A stretch of DNA of 64,000 nucleotides. Source: Candidatus Hodarchaeota archaeon (GTDB taxonomy: Archaea > Asgardarchaeota > Lokiarchaeia > Sigyniarchaeales > SOKP01). The notes under the pieces are model-generated. The model searched no databases. It was not told the origin of the DNA and saw only the letters and a list, made by a program, of their open reading frames with translations. The stretch lies in assembly GCA_048886685.1 (NCBI GenBank), contig JBHLKM010000001.1:1-64000 (forward strand), given 5' to 3'. A program made the position numbers and the translations under genes. Shown piece by piece: positions 38,869 to 49,709 of this stretch; positions within the stretch are counted from its first letter, which is position 1, and each line of letters opens with the position of its first letter.

Positions 38869-39660
38869 CTAGGCTAAATCTATGCCATTTTTAACTATTT
38901 TCTCAGTTTTCTTCCCTTTTTTAATTAATGAGAGAAGATTATCATATGATCCTAGTAATACTTTAATATTTGAATTCTTTAAACCTTCATGAGGAGTGCC
39001 TTCATACACGATATTGCCTTCATGTAAAACCAATATTTTTTCTGCCCAATTTTCAACGAAAAATAGGTTGTGTGTAGTAAAGAAAATTGTAATTTGATTT
39101 TCTTTCCTTAATTTCTCAATAATTCTTAAGTGATTATATATTGATTTAAAATCAAGATTAGCAAAGGGTTCGTCTAAAATTAGCAAATTAGGTTTCATTA
39201 CCAAGACTCCTGCTAATGCTGCTCTCTTTTTTTGCCCCCATGAAAGGTTAAATGGTGAATAATTTCTATAATCTTCTAAATCAACTGCTTTCAATGCCCA
39301 GTCAACTCTTTGCTTTACTTGATCTTCTCCAAGTTTTAAGTTTCTTGCTCCAAAGCTGATATCTTCTTCTATTGTTGGCGCAAAAAGTTGATCATCGGGA
39401 TTTTGAAATAAAAAACCGACCGATTGTCTAATTTCCCATAAATCTCGTTTATTTCTTGTAACATTCTTCTCAAAAATCCTAATTGTACCAGATTTAGGTT
39501 TCAATAATCCTACCAATAATCTCAATAACGTTGTTTTACCTGAACCATTATTTCCTGTTAAAGCATAAATTGCGTTGTTTTCGATTTTAAAAGAAAGATT
39601 ATTAATTTCAAATCCATTATTATAACTGAAATTTAGATTTTCAACTTCTACGGCAAAAAT
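38869..39660 (-). CDS. cbiO: ECF transporter ATPase CbiO (extended to an ATT start; ORF track starts at 39525)
   Basis: The Walker A motif GNNGSGKT lies upstream of the ORF-track start. Also FQNPDDQLF, LSWGQKKR and LDEP. Confidence 0.88.
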   Translation of the reverse strand: MFAVEVENLNFSYNNGFEINNLSFKIENNAIYALTGNNGSGKTTLLRLLVGLLKPKSGTIRIFEKNVTRNKRDLWEIRQSVGFLFQNPDDQLFAPTIEEDISFGARNLKLGEDQVKQRVDWALKAVDLEDYRNYSPFNLSWGQKKRAALAGVLVMKPNLLILDEPFANLDFKSIYNHLRIIEKLRKENQITIFFTTHNLFFVENWAEKILVLHEGNIVYEGTPHEGLKNSNIKVLLGSYDNLLSLIKKGKKTEKIVKNGIDLA

Positions 39661-40451
39661 AAGGTAATTACACCTTGATATATTAATTGCAAATTTAATA
39701 TAAAAACCATAAAAACTATGATTAAACTGAAAAGAGTAAAAAAACTCAAATCAATTAATTTAAATTTTTTTGAAGCAAATGTTATTTTTCCTGTAAAACC
39801 TCGCATTTTCAAACTCTCGTACAGTTTTTCGCTTCTCTCCATATTTATTACAATACTCTTCCCCATGATATAAGCATGAGTTTTTAATTTTTGACGATAA
39901 GTGGCAATATTTTTTCCACGCATTTCTTGTGCTTCTAGTATTTTTCTGTTAGATTTTGCTAAGATTGGAATATAATGCAACATAATTATTAAGGATCCTA
40001 CAAAAATGGAAGGAATTCTTAATTTTGTTAAAGCTTCTATGAATTCAGAATAAGTTAAAGTTGAGAAAAAGGATATTAATATAAATAATGTTCCAAGAAC
40101 TCTTAAAAATATTAGAGAAGCTAGAAGTAGTCCTTCTTTGAAAATTTTTATTGTAATTCCTATATTAAATTGATAAAGTACAATATCACCAAGATATAAA
40201 GGAATGAAAAAAGTAAGAAAAAATACAAAGGGAATGACTATTTTTAATCTTGAAAGTATTTCCTTTATGTTTAATCTAAAGATTATATCAATAATTAAAA
40301 CAACTAGTATAAGAGAAATTATCAGATATAAATCATCTATAATAATAAAAGGTACTACAATGATAAACGGTAAAATTAAACGAGTTAAAGGATGACTTTT
40401 TTTTAAATAAATTTTTTCATTTTCAAGTCTAAAGGGCAAGTATGTCTTCAA
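39648..40451 (-). CDS. cbiQ: ECF transporter T component CbiQ
   Basis: EAQEMRG and ERSEKLYESLKMRGF. Confidence 0.88.
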   Translation of the reverse strand: MKTYLPFRLENEKIYLKKSHPLTRLILPFIIVVPFIIIDDLYLIISLILVVLIIDIIFRLNIKEILSRLKIVIPFVFFLTFFIPLYLGDIVLYQFNIGITIKIFKEGLLLASLIFLRVLGTLFILISFFSTLTYSEFIEALTKLRIPSIFVGSLIIMLHYIPILAKSNRKILEAQEMRGKNIATYRQKLKTHAYIMGKSIVINMERSEKLYESLKMRGFTGKITFASKKFKLIDLSFFTLFSLIIVFMVFILNLQLIYQGVITLFLP

Positions 40452-40605
40452 AATTTAATCAACTTAACAGAGAATTTAAACAATTTATTCTATTCTTTCA
40501 TACTATTTTTTAAAAAAGTAATATTTAATAATTTTCATACTTTTTTATAATTCAGTAACATTCTAATTTATCATTACAAAAAAAAATAACTTTTTTGTTT
40601 TAAAA

Positions 40606-41625
40606 ATGCATCTACCAGATGGTTTATTAAATCCGACAACATTAATTTTCCTATGGGTCATTGTTATAGCGGTTATGATTCTAGGATATTTTAAAATTGG
40701 AAAAATCTTTGAGAAAGAAGATTCTGAAAAATTAATTCCCTACATTGGAGTTTTAGCAGCAGTTATTTTTGCATTTCAATTTGTAAATTATCCTGTCCCT
40801 GGAGGAACTTCTGGTCATTTAATTGGAGGAACCCTTATTGCTGTTATATTAGGACCATGGGCTTCTGTTATAATTCTTTTCTTGGTTCTAGTTGTACAGA
40901 GTCTATTTGGTGATGGGGGAATTATTGCCTTAGGACCGAATGCTTTCAATATGGGAATAATTGGTGGAATTTTTGGGTTTTATATTGTTGTATTTTTAGT
41001 GAAAATCTTAAATAAAACAGCTATCAGAAAAGAATTAAAAGTTTCTATTGCAACGGCAATTGGTGCATATATTTCTATATTATTGGCAGCTCTTATATGT
41101 GGGATTGAAATAGGTTTTTCTGGGGCGGTCCCCATTAAAATCGCTATTCCCGCAATGGTTTATTGGCATCTCTTTATTGGTATTGGTGAGGCAATAATAT
41201 CCGCATTAATTATATCGTATATATATAGAGTAAAACCAGATTTTATTACAACAGAATCAATAATGATGAAAAAAATGAGACTTATTAATATTTCAAAATA
41301 TAGAAGACCGATTATTTCAATAATAGCCTTAACTGGAACATTGACGTTAATGATTGCGGTGGGATTCACTATTGGAATATTATCTAGTGGCCCAGACGGA
41401 TTAGAACGCGTATTAATCGATCAAAATGGTGAATCATGGTTAGATAATTTAGTTTCTCCCTGGTTACCTATTTTCGGTTGGATTACAAACGATTACGGTG
41501 CTGCAATTTTAGGTATTGTTATCTCTGTAGTTCTAATGTCTTCTACATTCTACTTGATCATTAGATATAAAAAAAACAATACCATTAAATCTTTAGATTC
41601 TCATGATGCACCGAAGAAAGTATAA
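40606..41625 (+). CDS. cbiM: Co/Ni ECF substrate component CbiM/NikM fused to a PDGLE (N) domain
   Basis: N-terminal MHLPDG, GTSGHLIGG and SSGPDGLE. Confidence 0.93.
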   Translation: MHLPDGLLNPTTLIFLWVIVIAVMILGYFKIGKIFEKEDSEKLIPYIGVLAAVIFAFQFVNYPVPGGTSGHLIGGTLIAVILGPWASVIILFLVLVVQSLFGDGGIIALGPNAFNMGIIGGIFGFYIVVFLVKILNKTAIRKELKVSIATAIGAYISILLAALICGIEIGFSGAVPIKIAIPAMVYWHLFIGIGEAIISALIISYIYRVKPDFITTESIMMKKMRLINISKYRRPIISIIALTGTLTLMIAVGFTIGILSSGPDGLERVLIDQNGESWLDNLVSPWLPIFGWITNDYGAAILGIVISVVLMSSTFYLIIRYKKNNTIKSLDSHDAPKKV

Positions 41626-41732
41626 ATATATTTGCTAAGTTATGAATCTATTTTTAAATTAGAGTCTAGTATTTAATATGAAAATGTCTAAATTATTTTA
41701 TAAGAAAATTCATGATAATAATATAAAATATA

Positions 41733-42344
41733 GTGCAATTTCCTTCAATGAATTTAATATTTTTTATTAAATCTGCGACAGTTAATCTCAATAATTATAC
41801 AATTAAGGATGTTCCTGGGTCTTCTGGCAGATTAGATGTGGTTTCAAGGTGTATTCTAGCGGCTATATTAAATGAAGGATATTTTGAAAAGAATATCCAA
41901 ATTTGGATATTTTTAGATAATTACGGTACATTTATTTTTAACCCAGAAATATTGGATTATAGAAATTTCCCAAAAAATGAATTAAAGCTAACAAACTATT
42001 TTGTAAAGTTCCTTTTCAAATCAGATTTAGCAGATAAAGCAAGTAATAATCCACTTAATTCTATCAAAACCTCAAAAATGAGTATTTTGAAGGCAATAAA
42101 GAAATTTCAAAAATTAAATTATAGTATATTTACTTTAAGAGAAGATGGTAAGGACTTCTTAAAACTAAAAAGAAGAATAAAAGAAAAGAGAAATATCTTA
42201 TTTATAATTGGGAGCCAGGAAGATGAATTTCTTAGTTCAAAAAAATTATTAACATTAAAAATACCAGCTATAAGTCTTGGAAATCAATCATATTTAGCAT
42301 CTTCAGTAATTAAGTTGTTGAAATTTCACATTTTATTAATATAA
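41733..42344 (+). CDS. trmY: tRNA (pseudouridine54-N1)-methyltransferase TrmY-like
   Basis: DVPGSSGRLDVVSRC, LREDG and ISLGNQSYLAS (SPOUT fold). Confidence 0.82.
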   Translation: MQFPSMNLIFFIKSATVNLNNYTIKDVPGSSGRLDVVSRCILAAILNEGYFEKNIQIWIFLDNYGTFIFNPEILDYRNFPKNELKLTNYFVKFLFKSDLADKASNNPLNSIKTSKMSILKAIKKFQKLNYSIFTLREDGKDFLKLKRRIKEKRNILFIIGSQEDEFLSSKKLLTLKIPAISLGNQSYLASSVIKLLKFHILLI

Positions 42345-42415
42345 TAAATTTTTTATTAGAGAGAAATTTTAAAAATATTAATCTAAATTATAGGATTTTA
42401 GGATTCACATAGGAT

Positions 42416-43114
42416 TTGAATGAAATAGAAGATACAAAGAAACGAGCTCGACAAAGAGAGATTTCAACTAGGTACATAGAGCACCCTGTAGAATTTTTTA
42501 TTAAACATAACATTACCCCCAATACAATTTCTTATATAGGATTCCTCTGTTCAATAGTTGCATCATTATTAATAGCTATATTTGGATTGTATTTTTCTTT
42601 ATACCTTTCCTGGATTATTCCTTTTATGATGGGAATAGGAGGTGCTATGGATTTATTTGATGGGGAAGTGGCAAGAAGAACAGAAAGAGAAACTCAAGCT
42701 GGTGCATTCTTAGATTCGAATTTAGATAGGCTTTCTGATGCTATTTGTATTTTGGGTTTAATTTATGGAGGTTTGCTAAACTATTTATTAGGTTATTTAG
42801 TTTTATTCTTAGTTATTATGATTTCTTACATACGTTCTAGAGCTGAAATTGAAGGAGTAAATATGAAAGGAATTGGATTTATGGAACGAGCTGAACGAAT
42901 CTTATTTTTACTTTTCGCTATTATTGGAGAACTAATCTTCTATTTTGTAACATACCTTTCATTTAATAAACCTTTTACATTTACTATCCCTTTTATCACT
43001 AGAGTTCCAGTCACACCAGTTTTTCTTATCAGTATAATAATTTATATTTTTACCTTAATTTATACAGTTCTACAAAGATTTATTTATAGTATTAAGACTT
43101 TAAAATCCGAATGA
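42416..43114 (+). CDS. CDP-alcohol phosphatidyltransferase
   Basis: DLFDGEVAR...GAFLDSNLDRLSD, SYIRSRAE and GFMERAER. Confidence 0.93.
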   Translation: MNEIEDTKKRARQREISTRYIEHPVEFFIKHNITPNTISYIGFLCSIVASLLIAIFGLYFSLYLSWIIPFMMGIGGAMDLFDGEVARRTERETQAGAFLDSNLDRLSDAICILGLIYGGLLNYLLGYLVLFLVIMISYIRSRAEIEGVNMKGIGFMERAERILFLLFAIIGELIFYFVTYLSFNKPFTFTIPFITRVPVTPVFLISIIIYIFTLIYTVLQRFIYSIKTLKSE

Positions 43115-43266
43115 TAACAATATATTACTAAATTCATAAAAATATTTCCTACTTATTCGATTTCGAGATTTATCATAGCTAAGGATAAATTTTTTAAGTT
43201 TTATCCAATTAAATTTCATTAGAAACATTATATAAAACAAAACAAAATAAAAACTAGCTGATTTTT

Positions 43267-43539
43267 ATTCCTAAAAAAAGAAAAAGCGGGGGAAAAAGCG
43301 GAAGCCGGAAGGGCCAGGACTATAAAGTTCAATGCTATAAATGTGGTCGATTTGTTGCTCGTAGTAAAGCTAAAGCTATTACAAGAAGAACATCTTTAGT
43401 TGATGGTAGGATGTTTGCTGAATTGAAAAAAGCAGGAACTATAATACAATCATCATCTACAACCAAGTACTATTGTATCAGCTGTGCAATTCACAGTCAT
43501 CAGATAAGCCAACGAGACAAAAGTTTAAGGAAAGATTAA
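43267..43539 (+). CDS. rps26e: Ribosomal protein eS26 with an ATT start
   Basis: Not in the ORF track. (I/M)PKKRKSGGKSGSRKGQDYKVQCYKCGRFVARSKAK...YYCISCAIHSH. In-frame TAG at 43255 and no ATG/GTG/TTG before the conserved PKKR. Confidence 0.93.
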   Translation: MPKKRKSGGKSGSRKGQDYKVQCYKCGRFVARSKAKAITRRTSLVDGRMFAELKKAGTIIQSSSTTKYYCISCAIHSHQISQRDKSLRKD

Positions 43540-43587
43540 CAGATTTCAATTTAACTTCACTTTTTATAGCTTTAACAAAAAATTCTG

Positions 43588-45579
43588 TTACAAGTTCAAC
43601 TGTTTAAAGAAAGATGGGAGAGTATAATTAATCCTAACTTGATCAATTTTAGTAGTTTCGATAATAGCACGGATTAAATAATCATTTTTCAAGTCCTCAT
43701 CAGGTTCATAAATTTTTACTTTAGCTGTCGGTTTTATTCTGAGCGTATAGTTTTCCGCTATTCCAGTAATATTTTCGTTTGTCTGTACGAGAATCCCTAA
43801 TAAACCTAATTCATAATGAGACACTATAAAAAGTATTTGGTTTTGATCACTAAGGCTTTTTTCAAAATAGACTACTTCTAAAAAATCTTCTTTAAGTTCT
43901 TTAGGTAATTTTGAAAATGGAATAATTCTCTTCTTACCTGTGATATACGGGAAAGGAGTATAAAACAACAGATTAAAGCTTGAGATTTTCTTTATTTGTT
44001 CATTATATTTTTCCACATCTTTAATTGAATAAGCTTTATCTAGTAAAAGATCCAACTTATCAACCATATCTTCTGCTGAATAACCGTCTAATACAGTGGC
44101 AATATATGATCTCTTGAGTTTTTCAATTAATATCTCACTTTTTAAGGTTAATTTATAATCAATAGAAACTTCTAAGGCTTGATTATATAAATTAGCCGCA
44201 ATTTGGGAATGTCCTAAAGCTAAGAAGTAATCACCTAGTTCACTAAATACTATGATAGCATCAAGAAAATTTTCGTCTAAATCCATTGTTGATATTTCTT
44301 CCATGATAGACATAGCAGTGTCCCTATCCTGCCCTTCTATATACAGTGCAATAGCTTTTCCTAATAAACATTTTAATTTCAATTTATCATCCTCGTAAAT
44401 TTCTGCCAATTCTTCAGTAAAGTTATATTGCATTATTGCATTTTTGTATAATCCGTGAAATATATATATTAAAGCTTTTAAATAATTTAGAGTTAAACAA
44501 GTTTTATGATTATGGATAATTGTGGAGAATAATGCAGCTCTTTCAAGTGAACTAATAGCCGAATTTACCCTACCTAGAGATACCAACAAATATGCTCTTA
44601 AAAATTCCATTTTACTGATCTCTGAGCAGATCAGTTGCTGGATAATCTCATAATCTTTCCTTTGTGTTAATTGTCCTGAAGCAACTTGAAGTAGTGATAT
44701 TAAAAACTCATTCCCTTTTTTTAAAAATTTCACAGCTTCTTTCGAATTACTTCGAATAATTGCCTTTCTTGCTCTTGAAACATATTCTCTAGAAATTTTT
44801 AAATTCTCAAGGAATTTTATAATACCCAGTACCTTGTCCTCCTCACTCTTGGGGATGTTTTGGTTCGAGATATACTTTTCAGCAATACTTATCTCGTCTA
44901 AATACCTCGAGGCGCCGATTTCAAATTTCATACCGACATCTGGGTTCTCTAATTCAACATCTTGGGTTAAAATCGAGTCTTCAGTTACAGTAATTGCTTT
45001 TTCAATTAGCCAAGTAATTTTTTTTTCGGCAGGATAGGTTTTAGAGCGTTCAATCATATAGGATAATGTATAATTAAGACTTCTCTTCCAAATATCTTTG
45101 AAATATTTTCTCATTTGAGAATTAGTGGTAGTTCTTTGTATCTTTAGGAGGAAACTCGAAAGAGATAATATATTAATTCTACCTTTGTAAAGTAAGCTAG
45201 TATTTTTTACAAGCTTAAAATCGTCTGTAATAAGGTGAATTGGAAAAGATTTTCCCTTATCTATTAAAGTTTTTGCAATGTAAACTAACGAAAGATCTGG
45301 GTCTTGAGCAGGAAATCTTACATTATATGGAATGAGATCATTCTTTATGCTGTCAATCTCTATGGGTAATATCTCTTGTACATTTAAAATTTGGCGTAAT
45401 TTATCTTTATATGTATGTGGGGCTTTTATTTCATGAAATACTACCTCAGAGATATAATATTCATAACCTAGCTCTTTTGCTGCTTTTTCTAAATTTCCTA
45501 AAATATTTCGTGCTCTAATTTGAAGCATACAAATAAAGAAATTAGCATCAAATACCAAGTATTCTTTTTTGTTGTGCAT
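43588..45579 (-). CDS. PIN domain plus TPR-like repeat protein
   Basis: VFDANFFI, DPDLSL and LITDDFKL (PIN acidic residues), followed by helical repeats. Confidence 0.7.
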   Translation of the reverse strand: MHNKKEYLVFDANFFICMLQIRARNILGNLEKAAKELGYEYYISEVVFHEIKAPHTYKDKLRQILNVQEILPIEIDSIKNDLIPYNVRFPAQDPDLSLVYIAKTLIDKGKSFPIHLITDDFKLVKNTSLLYKGRINILSLSSFLLKIQRTTTNSQMRKYFKDIWKRSLNYTLSYMIERSKTYPAEKKITWLIEKAITVTEDSILTQDVELENPDVGMKFEIGASRYLDEISIAEKYISNQNIPKSEEDKVLGIIKFLENLKISREYVSRARKAIIRSNSKEAVKFLKKGNEFLISLLQVASGQLTQRKDYEIIQQLICSEISKMEFLRAYLLVSLGRVNSAISSLERAALFSTIIHNHKTCLTLNYLKALIYIFHGLYKNAIMQYNFTEELAEIYEDDKLKLKCLLGKAIALYIEGQDRDTAMSIMEEISTMDLDENFLDAIIVFSELGDYFLALGHSQIAANLYNQALEVSIDYKLTLKSEILIEKLKRSYIATVLDGYSAEDMVDKLDLLLDKAYSIKDVEKYNEQIKKISSFNLLFYTPFPYITGKKRIIPFSKLPKELKEDFLEVVYFEKSLSDQNQILFIVSHYELGLLGILVQTNENITGIAENYTLRIKPTAKVKIYEPDEDLKNDYLIRAIIETTKIDQVRINYTLPSFFKQLNL

Positions 45580-45722
45580 CGATGTTCAATAGTATTTTAA
45601 TTCTACATAAATATCTTAATTAAATATATATTAAATAGTAAAATATTACAATATTATTTTATTGCTAAGAATAAAAAGAATTAAGAAAACTTGATTTTTA
45701 GTAGCAGACTGAAATTAAAAGT

Positions 45723-46238
45723 GTGATGATTATTAGAATTATTGATGTTATAGGATATTCTGGGTCGGGGAAGACATATTTTATTATGAACGCGATAAAA
45801 ATGTTCAAAATCAAGCTAGGATATAACGTTGCTGTAATTAAAAATGTTAAGCATCATCAAATTGACGCAAAAGGAAAGGATTCCCGTATTTTCACGGAAT
45901 CTGGAGCATCTTATTCAATAATTCAAAACCTCAATAAAGAAATGGCTATCTTTTTAAACTCAAAAGAGGTTAGATTAGAAGATTTCATTAAGTGGTTGAA
46001 TCAGGGTCCTCATGAAATTGATATAATATTTTTTGAAGGATTTAGGAATTTGAACCACTCCACAGTGTTGTGTATCAGTAAAATAAGTGAGATTGAATCT
46101 CAATTAACAGACAACGTAAAAATGATTTCTGGAACTATATGTGAAACCAAAGTTATTGAAAATATAAATTTGGACATACCTATTGTTAATATAGAAGAGG
46201 ATTTTCAGAAATTTTTAGAAATTTTTAAAATAACATAA
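45723..46238 (+). CDS. mobB: Molybdopterin-guanine dinucleotide biosynthesis protein B
   Basis: GYSGSGKT, VAVIK, GKDS and EGFR. Confidence 0.88.
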   Translation: MMIIRIIDVIGYSGSGKTYFIMNAIKMFKIKLGYNVAVIKNVKHHQIDAKGKDSRIFTESGASYSIIQNLNKEMAIFLNSKEVRLEDFIKWLNQGPHEIDIIFFEGFRNLNHSTVLCISKISEIESQLTDNVKMISGTICETKVIENINLDIPIVNIEEDFQKFLEIFKIT

Positions 46239-46240
46239 GG

Positions 46241-48163
46241 TTACTCAAATTTTTTCCAAAATGGGGCAATTTGTTGACAAACAAACTTAATTTCTTTTAT
46301 TATTTGTTCATCTTGAATACCTGAAGTAAAATATTTACTCAATTTTTCGTATACTTCAATTTGATTTAAGGAACTAACAGTATTTCTAATATTTAATATA
46401 AAATTATTTAATGGAACAATAATGTCAAATATTAGCCATTCTTCAAAAAAGGGTTGATCTGAGAATGATTGGATATTATAAGTGATCATAATTTGTGTTA
46501 GCTCTTCATCAGAGTAAAAATGATCATCTGATATCACAATGTTATACTTTTCCATTTCTTTTTTAAGATATTCTTTGTTTAAACTGATTATGTAGTCAGG
46601 CCAAACGTCATCTGAGTAGTTAATATCTTGGAAAACAAATAATTCTAATACCCTTAAAGCAATATTTTTCCCAATATAACGACTCCTTGGATCAATAAAG
46701 TTCGGAGAGGCATCATCTGGATTAGATCTGAGAAAAATTTTGTCTATTAAAACATAAAGAATTCTACATATATGGTCAACTATTTTATTGAATGAAAAAG
46801 GTATATTTTTAGGACTTTCTAAAAGGATGGTATTTTCTTTATCGAGTTTCATTGAAAAATCTGTGTTAAAGCTCTTGAGAAAAGTCTTAAAAAAGCCATA
46901 ATTAAGCTCTGAAATATTCTTATTAAATAATCTACGGAAAAAAAGATCAATGTTTTCGATATTTGAGAGAGTAGAGAAGAAGTTGAGAAATTCTTTAATA
47001 TTATTAATCGAATTAGCACTTATGACATCTTCGTTATTCTTATTATATAAGTCTAGATTAGTTTTAAACATCTCAGGTAAGAAAAGCAAATCTCCTACTT
47101 CTAATGCTTCTAAACCACTTCCAAAATAATATTTCATATATAGAAAAAATAAGTTTAATTGAGATTTTTGAGATGGCAGATTATTCGCTTGAAATGTTGA
47201 ATAAAGTGTTGATTTTTTATCAAGATATTCAAAAAATTTAATTATAGAATTCTTTTTAGTATCACTATAATCATCCAGATTGGTTAAAAATCCTTTCTTA
47301 ATAATATCGATTTTAGAAAAAACAGAATCCTCCACTCTAGATCCTACAAAATTAAAGAAGTCTAATAATGGTGAAAAACTTTGTAATAGAATGCATTTCT
47401 TATAAAAATAATAAAGTAAATCAACCAATTTCTCCTTAGCATACGTATATTCATCTAAAGCTATTTGATATAATTTTTCTCTTCCTTCTAGTAATGTGTT
47501 ATAATAATTTTCAGGGATGCCTTTAAATTGTCTTAAGAAGTAATAAAGAACCATGTTATAATATTTGCGGAAAATTTCATCCTTGCTATCCTTTATGATA
47601 ATCATAAAATTTAGAGTTTCAGTATTATTGCCTTTCTCTACTTTAACACCATCAAGTAAAATAAAGACTCTTTCTTGAATTGTCTTTCTGACTACTATTC
47701 CTAAGATTCTAACAAGGAAATAAAAGTAACCTGTAGGAAGCGTAAATCCATTAAGCAGTTTACCCTCAAATTCTTTTGAGGTTTTATTAAAATAATCGAT
47801 TTCTTCAGATGATAAGAGATAATTGTATTCAAAAAATAAAATTTTTTCAGAGATTTTTTCTTTTATGTTTAATTTTAATGAGCTTTCGTTAAATCCGAAA
47901 AAAATATGGAGAAAATTTTGAAATAAATCATTAAAATTTTCATAGAAAAAGGTTGTAAAGGTTTTCTTTATTATTCTTTTTTGGTTCTTATGAATAAATT
48001 CATCCCATCTTAGCCTAATTTCATTTTGAAACTCTTCATATTTCTCTTTTTTCCTTTCTAAGATTTCAAAAAACACATTTGTCTCAAATTTAAGACTAAA
48101 ATCTTGACCCTTAATTCTCTTTTCCAAGAAATTTAAGTTATCGCTTAGTTCTTTGTTAATCAA
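46241..48163 (-). CDS. Hypothetical protein (640 aa)
   Basis: Long ORF with no recognised motif. Confidence 0.7.
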   Translation of the reverse strand: MINKELSDNLNFLEKRIKGQDFSLKFETNVFFEILERKKEKYEEFQNEIRLRWDEFIHKNQKRIIKKTFTTFFYENFNDLFQNFLHIFFGFNESSLKLNIKEKISEKILFFEYNYLLSSEEIDYFNKTSKEFEGKLLNGFTLPTGYFYFLVRILGIVVRKTIQERVFILLDGVKVEKGNNTETLNFMIIIKDSKDEIFRKYYNMVLYYFLRQFKGIPENYYNTLLEGREKLYQIALDEYTYAKEKLVDLLYYFYKKCILLQSFSPLLDFFNFVGSRVEDSVFSKIDIIKKGFLTNLDDYSDTKKNSIIKFFEYLDKKSTLYSTFQANNLPSQKSQLNLFFLYMKYYFGSGLEALEVGDLLFLPEMFKTNLDLYNKNNEDVISANSINNIKEFLNFFSTLSNIENIDLFFRRLFNKNISELNYGFFKTFLKSFNTDFSMKLDKENTILLESPKNIPFSFNKIVDHICRILYVLIDKIFLRSNPDDASPNFIDPRSRYIGKNIALRVLELFVFQDINYSDDVWPDYIISLNKEYLKKEMEKYNIVISDDHFYSDEELTQIMITYNIQSFSDQPFFEEWLIFDIIVPLNNFILNIRNTVSSLNQIEVYEKLSKYFTSGIQDEQIIKEIKFVCQQIAPFWKKFE

Positions 48164-48314
48164 GCTTAATCAATAATTTATTCAATCTTAACATATATTC
48201 AAAACAATAAAACCCTAAAAAAATAAGGTAAGTTATTAATAAAATAAAAACATGAAAATAAAAATATTGGTTAACTAATAGAATTGTGCAAGAATATGTC
48301 TAATTTGTTATAAT

Positions 48315-49343
48315 TTAAAAAATTTTTGTTATCTCATCAGTTTCTGAATAGAATAAAGGACGTACCTTTCCATCATTCTCTTTAATAGTCAAACCTTTCT
48401 CCTTTTCGACGAAGTGACCAATTTTTTCAGTATTAATTTTATTTTTCTTTAATAAATCAATCAATTCCTCACTTAAATCATCGTCTATAGCAATTAAGAG
48501 TGATCCTGATGAAATTGTTCCCATTGGGTCCAAACCATAAATTTTACTTAATATTAAAGGTTCTGGGAGAATGCAAACATTTTCTCTCTCAATTACTATT
48601 CCAGTATTAGATGCAATAGCCATTTCAGCGAGACCCGTAGCAAGTCCTCCTTCTGTTGGATCATGAAATGATTTAATTCTAAAGCGACTGTTAGCCAATA
48701 TCGCTTCTTTAAATACACTAATGCCCGGTTCATATAGGTAATTCTTACATTTTTCTATAAAAGTTGATGTATATCCCTTTTCTTTTAACTCACTTCCTTT
48801 TTCACGACTAATTATTGAAGTCCCCTCAATAAATATACCTTTTGTGAGAATTATTGCATCTCCTGGTTCTGCTCCAGACGTTCGAACGAGTTTTTCTTTT
48901 TTAACCTCTCCTAGTAAAGAACCAATTACTATTGGTCTATTAAGCTTAGGTGTAACCTCTGTATGTCCTCCAATTACGGCAATTCCCAAAGATTTACAAG
49001 AATCAGAAATGTCTTTAAATATATTAGCAATAAGGCTTTCTGTTGTATTTTCTTGAGGTAGTAAAATTGTTGCTTGAAACCATTTAGGTTTGGCTCCAGT
49101 ACAAACAACATCATTAACATTAACATTTACTACATAATACCCAATTTGATCAGTAGCAAAAGTAATAGGATCAGTTTTAGCAACTAAATAATTTTTCCCG
49201 GGTATGTCAATGACAGCGGCATCTTCTCCAATTTTAGAGCCTAGTATTACTCTATCGTCATTAATTTCTAAATCCGAAAGTAATTTAACTAAATACTCAT
49301 GTTTAAGCTTCCCAAGGGCAAATCTTTTACTATCTCTTCTCAT
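48315..49343 (-). CDS. AIR-synthase/HypE-like (PurM fold) protein
   Basis: GEDAAVI, KTDPIT, IGGHTEVT and HDPTEGGL. Confidence 0.88.
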   Translation of the reverse strand: MRRDSKRFALGKLKHEYLVKLLSDLEINDDRVILGSKIGEDAAVIDIPGKNYLVAKTDPITFATDQIGYYVVNVNVNDVVCTGAKPKWFQATILLPQENTTESLIANIFKDISDSCKSLGIAVIGGHTEVTPKLNRPIVIGSLLGEVKKEKLVRTSGAEPGDAIILTKGIFIEGTSIISREKGSELKEKGYTSTFIEKCKNYLYEPGISVFKEAILANSRFRIKSFHDPTEGGLATGLAEMAIASNTGIVIERENVCILPEPLILSKIYGLDPMGTISSGSLLIAIDDDLSEELIDLLKKNKINTEKIGHFVEKEKGLTIKENDGKVRPLFYSETDEITKIF

Positions 49344-49709
49344 TAATTTGTCATTATAATAAGAGAAGATAAATATTTAAATTTTGGAGGTGTCATTTCA
49401 AATTTTTGAATCTTCTATTTAGTTCTTCTAAAAAATAAAAGATTGTTTTTATATCTTCTTTGGGAGTGTAGGGATAATAAAGTTGATTTTTAATACGATA
49501 AGCTGTTTATCCAAATAGAAATTTAAGAAAAATTTGAAAAAGTTGATAATTAAATCTTTGATTTATCAAGACATCGAATCTATATTTCAAAAAGTGTGAA
49601 TTTTTATTTTGTCTTTCACTAAAATTTAAAAATAAATTTCATTTATATCATAATAAAATGCATTCATAATCAAAGATAGATAATAGAAAAGTTTATTGAA
49701 AAAAAGAGT

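Noticed and set aside
43280-43320. GC-rich patch at the start of rps26e as another intron
   Set aside because: The frame is open, the G/S/R/K-rich peptide fits the eS26 N-terminus, and no BHB is evident.
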